A stretch of DNA of 64,000 nt from Eledone cirrhosa (taxonomy: Eukaryota), in assembly GCA_964016885.1 (NCBI GenBank), contig OZ024744.1, forward strand, positions 60,326,001 through 60,390,000, written 5' to 3'. Under the pieces are notes generated by a model. That model did no database searches and was not told the DNA's origin. It saw only the letters and a list, made by a program, of their open reading frames with translations. The stretch's first letter is position 1. Every line of letters starts with the position of its first letter. Shown one piece after another: positions 1-10,612 of this stretch. Position numbers and translations under genes: made by a program.

Positions 1-136
1 TCTAATACAAATCTCTATCGCAAAGCCACACTACTCATTAAGCTTAGACCTGGCTGTTGTTCGGTATGATAAATGGACTAGTGATGGAGAGTCTGAGCAC
101 TCACAATGACAAAGATAAATTCACCTCCCGTCTCCG

Positions 137-2866
137 GACAAGTATGATGTTTGTTGTGTACAAGAGACTAGGTGGAGGGGTGGATATGCTAGATTCATTG
201 CAGGTAAAAAAACAATGCTATAAACTTTTCTGGAAGGGATGTGATAACAGGCTGGGTGGAGTATGAATTATGTTATCAGAAAAATGGGTAGATAAGGTAA
301 TTGCTGTAAATAGAGTGAATGACAGAATAATTAAAATAAGACTAGTTCTAAATAGAACAACTGTGTCAATAATATCTGCATCTTTCTTGGTGCTTTTGAC
401 AGTAAGGAAGAGCAATTTGAGACGTACAATCTAGAGCAACAAAGGGAATTCCTGAAAGTTTATCTGCTGAAGGTAATGGATGAAATCTGTGGCTGGAGCA
501 GACCTTTAGGCAAGAGGAGAGTAACATAGTGGTGGAACAGTAAAGTGGAGGAGTCAATCAAGGGCAAAAGCAGGCTTGGAAAGAATAGCAGGATGGTGGT
601 AGTAGAGAACACTATCAGGTGGCCAGGAGAGAAGCTAGGCAACAAGTGTACTTTGCAAAAAGGGAAGCAGAGGATAGAAAATTCAAGCATATTCTACAAT
701 GCAAGGACCAAAAACGTGAGGTGTTCAGGATTCTTGTGATATTCTTGGGAGACATGTGTCCAGAATGATGATGGTATACTTGCCTTCACTGATACTGATA
801 AGAAGGTAGCTTGAAAGTAGACTACTAAATGAGGAGAATGAATGAGATAAAGATAGTCTGCCCCAAATCGATCCAATAGAGGGACCAGTGTGCAAGTAAA
901 TGGTAGTATAAGGCAAAGAGATGAAGACAGGCAAGGCAGCTTGGCCTTCGGTGATAGTTGAAAGCATCTGGAATGGTGGGACATACTATGGTCACCTGGA
1001 TAGTAAACCAAGTAATACAGAATGGAGTCATACCAAATGGGATAGCAACAGCATTGTCAACTGCTACAAGGGCTAAGTTAGTTGACCAGGTCATGAAGGT
1101 CACAGAAATAGTTATTGCACAACTGATTAGAGATCAAATTTATCTAGATGAAATGCAGTTTGGGTTTGTGTCAGGTAAAAGTACCAGATGCTCTCTTCCT
1201 TGTACGGCAACTACAGAAGTACCTTGCTAAAAGTAAACCCCTCTTAGATTTTGTTGACTTGGAGAAAACATTTGAGAGATTCCCCCGCTCCTTAATCTGG
1301 TGGGCTCTTAGAAAACTAGTAGATGAGTGGCATGTGAGAGCTATACAAGCCATGTATTGAGGAACAGTCAGCAAGGTTAGAATTAACAATGAATATAGTG
1401 AAGAATTTAGCATAAAAGTAGGTGTTCACCAAGGCTCCGTCCTTAGACCCCTCCTGTTTATTACTACCCTACAAGCAATAACAGAAGAGTTTAAGACTGG
1501 CTGCCCATGGGAACTTCTATACGCAGCTGATCTAACTCTCATAGCTGAATCTATGTCTGAACTAGAGAAGAAATTCTAAACATGGAAGTATGGCCTAGAA
1601 ACAAAACGCCTTAAAGTCAACTTGTCTAAGACTAAAGTTATAGTATGTAGAAAGGAGAATAGGGCACAGGTGCCCTCTGGGAAATGGCTATGCTCAGTGT
1701 GTAAGAAAGGAGTAGGTAGAAATTCCATTTTAGGTCCCAAATGCAAACTATGGGTACATAAAAGATGTAGTGAGATCACAGGTAAGCTACCTAAGAATTT
1801 TATATGTGGCCGATGCTCAGGTGCAGTAAGTAGCGTGTGCCTACTGGATACTAGCTCCTTCAACTGCCCAGATGGTTCTATAGAAATAGTAGACACTTTC
1901 TGTTACCTGGGTGACAAAATCAGTAGTGGTGGAGGGTGTTCTGAAAGTATACTAGCCAGAGTTAGAGCGGGATGGAAAAAGTTCAGAGAGCTAATACTGT
2001 TGTTGGCCACAAACGATTTCTCTCTAAAATGAAAGGCAGATTGTATGATGCCTGTATACGAACAATAATGTTACATGGTAGTGAAACCTGGGCATTGTAT
2101 AAAGACTTGCGTAGATTAGAAAGAAACGAAGCTTGCATGCTCCGATGGATGTGTAATAGTAATGTACATGAACAGCAAAGCATAAACAAATTGAGAGAGA
2201 GACTAAGCATAAGAGGTATCAAATGTTGTGTTCTGGAGAGGAGATTGCGTTGGTATGGACATGTGATGCATATGAAGGAAAACAGCTGTATAAATGAGTG
2301 CATGGAGATCAAAATTGATGGAAACTACGGAGTGGATAGACAAAGAAAAACCTGGGATGAGGTGATAAAGACTACCTTGCATACTTACACCACTCTAAGA
2401 TAATGTCATTGGATCGAGATCTTTGGTGCTACGCAGTTATACAGAAGACCTGCCTTCCCTTACATACAAACTTAAACATAGAGTCAGTAGGCACCTCTTA
2501 ACCCAATATACACCCTACTCTATCCTCCCACTTCCGTCTGCACCACCCTTTCTCTATAAAGTTATGTTGGTACAACAGAACATTCAGCCTACACTGTATA
2601 AAGTGGTCGTGCATGTGACATGACAAAACACATCCAGTCCACATTATAAAGTGGTTGTGTAGGAGACACAGTAAAAAGGCTCCCAGTCCGCACTGTAAAT
2701 GTGGTTGGCATTAGGAAGGGCATCTAGCCATAGAAAACCTGCCAGAAACAGTTCTATACGAGCGAGACACGGTCACCCGACCAATCTTGCCTCAAGTGGG
2801 ACAAACCTGTCCAACCCGTGCTAGCGTGGAAGATGAACATTAAACGATGATGATGATGATGATGAT
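137..2866 (+). mobile_element. RTE-clade LINE, subfamily A, degenerate (APE + RT fragments, long 3' UTR, (GAT)n tail)
   Basis: Fragmented ORFs with FVDLEKTFER, KTK, FCYLG, MLHGSETW, RRLRWYGHV; many stops and frameshifts; ends taaacgatgatgatg. Confidence 0.9.
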
Positions 2867-2899
2867 ATATACATACATACACACATACATATGTACGTA

Positions 2900-3215
2900 T
2901 GGGTTATATCAAACATTAATAATAATGTTCAATTCGTTTGTAAATAAACGGCCTAATTTGAAGCTGTGCCGGCGACCGATTGTCACCAGTTTGTTCAACA
3001 CTGGCTTTGAGGAACAATCAACATTTTTCTGGGTCATTACCCTTAATCAGGTCTGTATACCTCTGCCAGTTTGTTGAACTGTTGGAAGTAAATAGTATTT
3101 TCTTAAGTACACATCAGCTGAGTAGCCTCATTTGCATACCGAGTGAGTTATGGCTGGCCTTGCCAAATATTAAAAATAAAAATAGAATTTTATTTCTCGC
3201 CCTAGCACAGCTGAT
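2900..3215 (-). mobile_element. Probable Penelope pLTR-like fragment with degenerate hammerhead core
   Basis: Minus strand CTGATTAAGGG-taatga-CCCAGAAA at 3019-3050, flanked by complementary ttcaacaaactggc / gccagtgttgaa. Confidence 0.4.
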
Positions 3216-3389
3216 ACATAAATGTAAGTATGCACACATACACATATATATATATATAAATATATATATATACATATATATAAATATATACATATATACA
3301 CTTTATCAAAACTAACATAATATTGTTAAACATTCAACTGATACTTTGATCTATAGTTTAAGCCAATTCTAGACTTTCGTGGAACATCA

Positions 3390-3610
3390 CTCTCTCTCTC
3401 TAAATATCTAACACTTTAATTGTATCTCTCTCTGTATAACGGCCTATCTCTCTCTTTCTCTCTCTGCCTCTCCCTCTGTATAACAGCCCCCCCTCTCTCT
3501 CTCTCTCTCTTTCTTCCTCTCCCCCTGTGTGTCTCTCCTTTCTGCCTCTCCCTCTGTGTGTCTCTCTCTCTTTAGATAAGTGTGTGTGTGTGTGTGTGTG
3601 TGTGTTTGTT
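3390..3610. repeat. (CT)n/(TG)n microsatellite cluster
   Basis: Direct inspection. Confidence 0.9.
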
Positions 3611-3689
3611 ATGTCAGTCGTCACAGAAATGTATGAATACTCACACACTCAGTCATCACATATGTACTGTATATGTATCTGTAGATGTG

Positions 3690-3853
3690 TGTGTGTGTTT
3701 AATTATCTGTGCAACTTAATAAGGCCTAACGTACCTAACACCTATCAAACGAGCAAACACACACACACACTCAGAGACACATACACACTCATATACAAAG
3801 TGTGATGTTGTCGTGTTATAAAATGTTTACTATAGTTGACTGTAGAAAAATTA
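3690..3853 (-). mobile_element. Internal piece of a minus-strand Helitron-like element
   Basis: Similar to ~63655-63810 (acacactcatatacaaa.tgtgatgt..tcgtgttataaaat), which lies inside the Helitron at the window end. Confidence 0.55.
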
Positions 3854-4667
3854 TCTATATATATAAAACTGATGTTGTCTGTGTGTCCTCATTTTTGCAA
3901 AGTCTATACAAATCCACATTTCTACTCCAATTGACTTCAAACTTGCATTTATATATTCCTTGCGGTCTAAAGATACTAACTGCAGCTTTTATTTTTCAAT
4001 TTTCTGTTGTTAAAGGGGTGTTATCGATCTCCGTCGAGCCCTTATAATATCTGTCTGTATGCCTGACTGTCTGCATAATGACATTCTGACGAACACGCCA
4101 TTGATACACACACACACACATATATATATATACATATACATCTAAAGAGAGAAAGGGGGATGTAAAAAGAGAGAGTGAGATAGGTCGTTATACAGAGAGA
4201 GGTACAAGATATTCAGATAGAGAGAGAGAGAGAATGGTGACGAATGCTGGTCACACACACACACACACACAAACACATATATATATATAAAGACAGAGAG
4301 GGGAGAGAGATCTGCGTGTTCTTTATTGTTCTCCATTATGTAGAGGAAGAGAGAGAGAGGGGGGTATGAGAGGGAGAAAGAGAAAGAGGGGGTATGAGAA
4401 AAAAGGGAGAGAGGGGTTGAGAAAGAAAGAAAGAGAGTGAGTGAGGAACTTTAACTTTTATTTATTTATCTATTCTTTACACACTGTTCAACTCTCCCCT
4501 TTCCTCAACCTCACGTCTCTTTCTCACAAGACATACTGTGACTGTGTGTGTTATATATATTCATGTCCGCACACACAAAAGACGCATCTCTCTCTCTATA
4601 TATATATAACGGCGATGAATTAGTTTTGCGAGGTTTTTTATATGAAATCGTGTGTCGAAACAAATAT

Positions 4668-4917
4668 TGTTATACTTGGGGAGTGTCATATTTGTGTAAT
4701 AATATTGCCAGAATTAATAATAGAACACACTCACTGTTTGGTTGGTTTTCGCTTCTGTGTCTTTTATATCGGTTAATTTAATTTATTCGGTCCGCAATGT
4801 TACCATTGACTGACCAACGGTCAAAAATACAGATACAATATAGACACAAAGTGAGTGTGTTCTGTTATTAATTCTGGCAATATTATTACACAAATTTGAC
4901 CCTCCCCAAGTATAACA
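4668..4917. mobile_element. Ginger-like MITE (250 bp, ~65 bp TIRs, TGTTA...TAACA, TSD ATAT)
   Basis: tgttatacttgggga.../...tccccaagtataaca inverted termini; ATAT at 4664-4667 and 4918-4921; TGTNR ends with 4-bp TSD fit Ginger. Confidence 0.7.
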
Positions 4918-4930
4918 ATATTCTCCAAGT

Positions 4931-6475
4931 GCTGTAATCTGGTGGGCTCTTAGAAAACTAGGAGTAGATGAATGGCTTGTGAAAGCGGTACAAGCCATGT
5001 ATAGGGGAGCAGTCAGCAAAGTTAGGATTAGCAATGAGTATAGCGAGGAATTTAGCGTACAGGTTGGGGTCCACCAGGGATCTGTTCTTAGCCCCCTCCT
5101 GTTCATCATAGTCCTGCAGGCAATAACGGATGAGTTTAAGGCAATAACGGATGAGTTTAAGGCAATAACGGATGAGTTTAAGGCAATAACGGATGAGTTT
5201 AAGGCAATAACGGATGAGTTTAAGGCAATAACGGATGAGTTTAAGGGAACTCCTGTATGCTGATGACCTCGCACTTATAGCTGAATCTATGGTAGAACTA
5301 AAGAAATTCCAAACTTGGAAGCAGGGACTAGAAAGAAAGGGTCTCAAAGTCAACATGACAAAGACTAAGGTCCTTGTAAGTAGACGAGAAAACAGAACCC
5401 AGATCCCCTCAGGGAAATGGCCTTGCTCAGTATGTAGGAAAGGTGTAGGTAGGAACTCCATTTTCTGCCCCAAATGCAAACAATGGGTACACAAGAGATG
5501 TAGCGGGATCTCAGGAAGATTAATTAAGAATGTAGGCTTCACATGCAGCAGCTGTGCTGGGACAGCAAGCAGTAAACAGCCACAGGAAACAAGTACCACC
5601 AATCTCTGGGAGGGCTCTGTAGAAACAGTAGACAGCTTCTGCTACCTAGGTGACCGAATTAGCAGCGGAGGTGGGTGTTCAGAAAGTACAATAACTAGGG
5701 TAAGAACGGGATGGAAGAAGTTTAGAGAACTACTACCACTGCTAGCTGCAAAAGGCTTCTCCCTCAAAATGAAAGGCAGACTGTATGATGCGTGTATCCG
5801 AACAGCGATGTTGCATGGTAGTGAGACCTGGGCGCTGAAGGTGGAAGACTTACGTAGATTAGAGAGAAACGAAGCATGCATGCTCCGATGGATGTGTAAC
5901 AGTAATATACCCGAACGACAAAGCATAAATGAATTGAGAGAGAGACTGAGCATAAGAGGAATCAAATGCTGTGTGCAGGAGAGGCGGTTGCGCTGGTATG
6001 GGCATGTGATGCGTATGAAGGATGACAGTTGTATAAAAAGGTGCAGAGCACTAGAAGTCGATGGAAACCGCGGAGTGGGGAGACCCAAGATGACCTGGGA
6101 TGAGGTGATAAAAGCCGACCTTACCCAATTACACCTCTCAAAGGCAATGACACACGACCGTGACCTCTGGCATCACGCAGTAATACAGAGTACCCAACCT
6201 CCCATAGGTACAAGCTGAAGCATATAGACAATATGCCATCCCCCCCCCCCCCCACGGCAAGGTGGTCGTGGAGGTGCCACGGAAAAAAAGCACCCAGCCC
6301 ACACTGTAAAGTGGACGTGTAGGCGCCACGAAAAAGCACCCAGCACTTACTGTAAATGAGGTTGGTGTTAGGGAGGGCATCCAGCTGTAGAAATCAAGCC
6401 AAATCAGTTCCTGTATGAGCAAGGCATGGTCAGCCGACCAGACACTGCCCACAACAGGACAACCCGTCTAACCCA
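4931..6475 (+). mobile_element. 5'-truncated RTE LINE subfamily A (RT C-terminal part open 5235-6218); last ~45 bp displaced to 10470-10517 by the Gypsy insertion
   Basis: VGVHQGSVLSPLLF, LYADD, KTK, FCYLG, RRLRWYGHV, GRPK.TW; tail continues cccatgctagtgtggaag...gatgatgat after the 3' LTR. Confidence 0.92.
5120..5245 (+). repeat. Perfect 21-bp tandem repeat x6 (GCAATAACGGATGAGTTTAAG) inside RTE RT
   Basis: Six identical units, AITDEFK x6. Confidence 0.95.
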
Positions 6476-6759
6476 TGTGGGTATGGTGTGGCGTGCGGTG
6501 GCTGTAGGCGGGGGAGTGTCGACCGGAAGGGTGCTTGGCCGGAAGGATGCTCGACCGGAATGGCCAGCAGAGGGTGCTCTCTAGTGGTGCCTAGCAACGG
6601 TGTGAACGCCAGTTTGTGCAGTGCCTAGCAACGGTGTGAACGCCAGTTTGTGCAGCTCCCGGTGTTAAGCAGTTGGACGCAGGCGGACGAGGAGTAACCA
6701 GCAGTGGAGTTAGCGGCGCCTATGAAAAGCGGTAAGTGAGATAGCTTTTTCTAACCACA
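6476..6759 (+). repeat. 5' LTR (TGTGG...CCACA)
   Basis: Direct repeat of 10167-10469. Confidence 0.93.
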
Positions 6760-6771
6760 AGCTATTTCGGC
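6760..6771 (+). promoter_or_regulatory. Candidate non-canonical primer-binding site AGCTATTTCGGC (complement of tRNA-Phe nt 1-12)
   Basis: Abuts the LTR; reverse complement GCCGAAATAGCT equals the recalled 5' end of metazoan tRNA-Phe(GAA). Confidence 0.6.
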
Positions 6772-6874
6772 CACTGGAAACAGATCTGATTGAAAAAAAA
6801 AGAAAAAAGCTACTGGAAAAACAGAGAGGAGTCTGTTGGGTTTTTTTATCACGTACCGCAAGACAAATCAGAAG

Positions 6875-7588
6875 ATGGCGACAAGACTACGAACAAGCGA
6901 AGCTATCAGGGCATTTACCGGGGAAGGTGATGTTGTCGCTTGGCTGCGGAAAGTTCAGCTGGTCGCAAGCTTGCAGAAGATAGATGTGGCGGCTGGCCTC
7001 ATGGCACTGTACCTCGAGGGGGACGCGTTGGTACTCTTCCTTGAGTTGGACGAACACAGCCAGAGAGATGCGCAAAAGATTGAGAGGCATCTGATAGATG
7101 CATTCGCCGAGGGACCGTTGGCCGCTTTTGCTAAGCTGGCGAGAATCAGATGGAATGGTGAGCGCGTCGACATTTTCGCAGCAGAAATACGGCGATTGGC
7201 TATGTTGGCTGGATATCAGGTGGAATGCGAACGCACGGTGCGGTTGGCGTTAATAACTGGATTTCCAGACGACATAGCGGTGAAACTGCAGCAAGTCCCG
7301 GGTTATAAAGAAATGGAAATGCGTTCACTGGTGGGACAAGCCCGGATCATAGCGGAAGATGCCAAAAAGAGTGTTGCGGCGATAGCAACTACAGAGGCTC
7401 AAGGCAGCTGGCAGCGAAACGGTGAAAAGGCGGCAACCACGGCACGCGGTCGCCCGCGAACATTTAGAGGTCGCTGTTTTCGGTGCCAGGGCCCGCACAT
7501 GGCTAGAGACTGCAGAGAGTCAAGGCCGGAAATAACATGCTACCGGTGTAAGCGACCAGGCCACATCGCTACTAACTGCGACCAGTGA
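6875..7588 (+). CDS. gag: Gypsy Gag with two CCHC zinc knuckles
   Basis: Open ORF from ATG 6875; CFRCQGPHMARDC and CYRCKRPGHIATNC. Confidence 0.88.
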   Translation: MATRLRTSEAIRAFTGEGDVVAWLRKVQLVASLQKIDVAAGLMALYLEGDALVLFLELDEHSQRDAQKIERHLIDAFAEGPLAAFAKLARIRWNGERVDIFAAEIRRLAMLAGYQVECERTVRLALITGFPDDIAVKLQQVPGYKEMEMRSLVGQARIIAEDAKKSVAAIATTEAQGSWQRNGEKAATTARGRPRTFRGRCFRCQGPHMARDCRESRPEITCYRCKRPGHIATNCDQ

Positions 7589-7626
7589 AACGATCCAAGG
7601 GGAACTACTGCACCAGTAGTTGCCCC
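7585..7626 (+). promoter_or_regulatory. Decayed -1 ribosomal frameshift signal (slippery site + stimulatory hairpin)
   Basis: G TGA AAC is one substitution from G GGA AAC in gag phase; 7-nt spacer; hairpin GGGG-AACTACTG cac CAGTAGTT-G-CCCC. Confidence 0.65.
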
Positions 7627-10153
7627 TTACGATAGCGGCGCTGCCCGTGGTGGAAGTCTTCGTGAGGGGAAAGCCACAGCGAGCCCTTGTGCACACGGGC
7701 TGCACAACAGGAGAACCAGAAGGCCCACGAGGAGAAATACCCCGCTTACACTGTGCAGGACAAAGACTTCAAGGCCGTGTTCGATGGGCAGCGATGGGTT
7801 GTTGAGTGGTACTGGAAGGGAGAACCACCGACACTGAAGACCAAAGTGGGCTGCTATAAACACACATTGAAGGGAAACATTAGGAGCGAGTTCGAGCGAG
7901 AGGTAGAGAGATGGATTGAAGAGGGCATACTGCTTCCCTGGAAGGAGGAGGTGAAGTGCGGAGTATTGGCGTTAATGGCGGTGGTGCAACCCACGAAGAA
8001 CAAGGTGAGGCCGGTGCTGGACTTTCGGGACCTGAACGAGCACGTGTCATGCCAAACGGGTGGCGAGGTCACGGATGTCTGTGGAGAAACCCTGCGTGAG
8101 TGGAGACGCATGACGAGGGGTTCAGCAATCGTAGATCTAAAGTCGGCATACTTGCAATTGCATTTAGACGAGAAGCTCTGGCAGTATCAGCTGGTCAGGT
8201 GTAAGGGCCGGACATATTGCCTGACCAGGTTCGGTTTCGGGCTGAGCTCCGCACCGAAGATCATGGCGGCGGTCCTCGGGACCATTCTGGGAAAGGCCGA
8301 CAAGATGAAGAAGGCTACTAACTCCTATATTGACGACATCCTAGTGGACGAGTCTGTGATGTCGGCGGCGGAGGTCACGAGCCATTTACAGGAGTATGGA
8401 CTGGCTGCGAAGCCGTCAGAAGCATTGGAGAGAGGAGCCGCGCTGGGACTTAGGCTAGGGAGAGACAGGATGGGCGTCTTGGTATTCCAGAGGGAAAACG
8501 AAGTTCCAGAACTGGGCCCAAGTATAAGTAGGCGGGAGCTTTTCTCGGTGTGTGGAAAGCTGGTGGGTCACTACCCGATCGCTGGGTGGCTCCGGACGGC
8601 ATGAAGCTATGTCAAGAGACGAGCGGGAGGAGTGACTTGGAGTGACAGAGTGGGAGAGAGGACGGTGGCCATGATGCAGGAGGGTGAAGGCCGACGACCC
8701 AGTGCGGGGACGCTGGTATGTTCCCAAATCACAGAGCGGGACCGTATGGTGCGATGCCAGCAGCATAGCGCTGGGTGTCACGTTGGAGATAGGAGGTGTT
8801 GAGGTCGAGGATGCAGCCTCGCTTAGGAAGAAGGACGCCTGCAACCACATCAATGTGGCCGAACTGGACGCAGTGTTGAGAGGGGTGAACCTCGCCCTGA
8901 GGTGGGGGCTGCGCACCATCGAGATACGCACCGACTCGGCTACTGTACTCGGATGGGTAAGATCAGTGCTCACCAGTGAGAAGAGAGTGCGAACGAGAGG
9001 GGCGGCGGAGATGCTGATAAAGCGCCGCCTGGGAACTTTAGGAGAGCTGGCCACCGAGTTCGACCTGAGGCTGAGCGTAGTTTTCGTGCCCTCAGAGAAA
9101 AATAGGGCGGACATCTTAACTAGGGTGAAGAAAGCCTGGATGGAAGCGCCGGAGGAGGTAGAAGATGAGATAGCTGCCGTGTGTCGGCTGACGAAGTCGG
9201 ATCTGAAAGGGTTGCATGTCATGCACCACATGGGAGTGGATAGGAGCCTGTTCCTAACCAGGAGAATCGACTAGGACGTTAACAGACGCAGTGTTCAAAG
9301 GGTGGTTAGAGGCTGCGTCCGATGTCAGTCCATTGATCCCGCCCCGGGTGTACACGAAACGGGAAGCCTCCCGGTGGATCGCGACTGGAAGCGATTGGCG
9401 GTGGATGTAACGCACTACCGACAGGGAACGTACCTCTAGATGGTCGACTGTGGACCAGGACGGATGGCGATATGGAGGGAGATGAAGACTGGAACGGCCG
9501 AGGAAATCATGCGGACGTTGAGAGAGGTGTTCTTGGAGCGGGGCCCTGTGGACGAACTGATGATGGACAACAGCGCAGCGTTCCGCTCGGAGGCACTGAG
9601 GGAGATGCTCGATGGATGGAAGGTGGACCGTTTCTTCAGAGCGGCGCACAGGCCGAGCGGGAATGGAATTGTGGAGCGACACCACCGGACGATCAAGGCA
9701 ATGGCGGAGCGGGGCCATATCTCACCAATGGAGGCAGTGTTCTGGTACAACATGTCCCCTCGGGTGGGACAGGTCGAGGAATCGGTGCCACACAGAGCAG
9801 TATTCAGATACGAGTGGCGGCACCCGTGCACGCCACCACAACGGCCAGTGGGGAGAGAGAGTGCATTCGTGCAGGTGGGCGAAGAAGTCTGGGCTAAGCC
9901 CCCAGATGCACGTTGCACATCTCAATGGGGAAGAGGAACGGTGACGGCCGTAAATTCACAGAACAATGTGTCCGTGGACGGGGTACCACGTCGTGTCCTG
10001 GATGTACGTAGAATCACTGTGTCAACGGACTCCGAGGAAGAGGAAACCCAAAGTGCTGCCCCAACACTGCGGAGATCGCAAAGAAGTCGTAAACCACCAA
10101 CCTGGACAGCAGACTTTCATATGCAGAGGGACGAGGGGGAAATTGATCCTTGA
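7620..10153 (+). pseudogene. pol: Gypsy pol (truncated protease, RT, RNase H, integrase) with stops and frameshifts
   Basis: ALVHTGCT (D>H) then deletion; VDLKSAYLQ, FGLSSAP, YIDDI; WCDAS, INVAELDAV, TDS; HHCC, MDNS, GIVERHHRTIK; stops near 8602, 9272, 9438. Confidence 0.92.
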
Positions 10154-10166
10154 GATCAGGGGGGCG

Positions 10167-10469
10167 TGTGGGTATGGTGTGGCATGCGGTGGCCGGAGGC
10201 GGGGGAGTGTTCGACCGGAAGGGTACTTGGCCGGAAGGGCCAGCAGAGGGCGCTCTCTAGTGGTGCCTAGCAACGGTGTGAACGCCAGTTTGTGCAGTGC
10301 CTAGCAACGGTGTGAACGCCAGTTTGTGCAATGCCTAGCAACGGTGTGAACGCCAGTTTGTGCAGCTCCCGGTGTTAAGCAGTTGGATGCAGGCGGGCGA
10401 GGAGTAACCTGCAGTGAAGTTAGCGGCGCCTATGAAAAGCGGTAAGTGAGATAGCTTTTTCTAACCATA
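10167..10469 (+). repeat. 3' LTR (ends CCATA)
   Basis: Repeat of the 5' LTR with one extra 34-bp unit. Confidence 0.93.
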
Positions 10470-10513
10470 ACCCATGCTAGTGTGGAAGAACGGACGTAAA
10501 ACGGTGATGATGA

Positions 10514-10516
<3 letters not shown>

Positions 10517-10595
<79 letters not shown>
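10517..10595. repeat. (TA)n microsatellite
   Basis: Direct inspection. Confidence 0.95.
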
Positions 10596-10599
<4 letters not shown>

Positions 10600-10612
10600 T
10601 AATTTATTAAAA

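Larger units (their letters stand above)
6476..10469 (+). mobile_element. Compact Ty3/Gypsy LTR retrotransposon, near full length, defective
   Basis: Paired LTRs, TSD ACCCA (6471-6475 / 10470-10474), purine-rich PPT before the 3' LTR, gag-PR-RT-RH-IN order. Confidence 0.95.

Noticed and set aside
5120-5245. CRISPR-like array
   Set aside because: Head-to-tail units with no spacers, derived from RTE coding sequence, in a eukaryotic context
8455-9918. Long antisense ORFs over Gypsy pol
   Set aside because: Shadow frames of GC-rich coding sequence with no motifs; same for antisense ORFs over RTE and CRE copies
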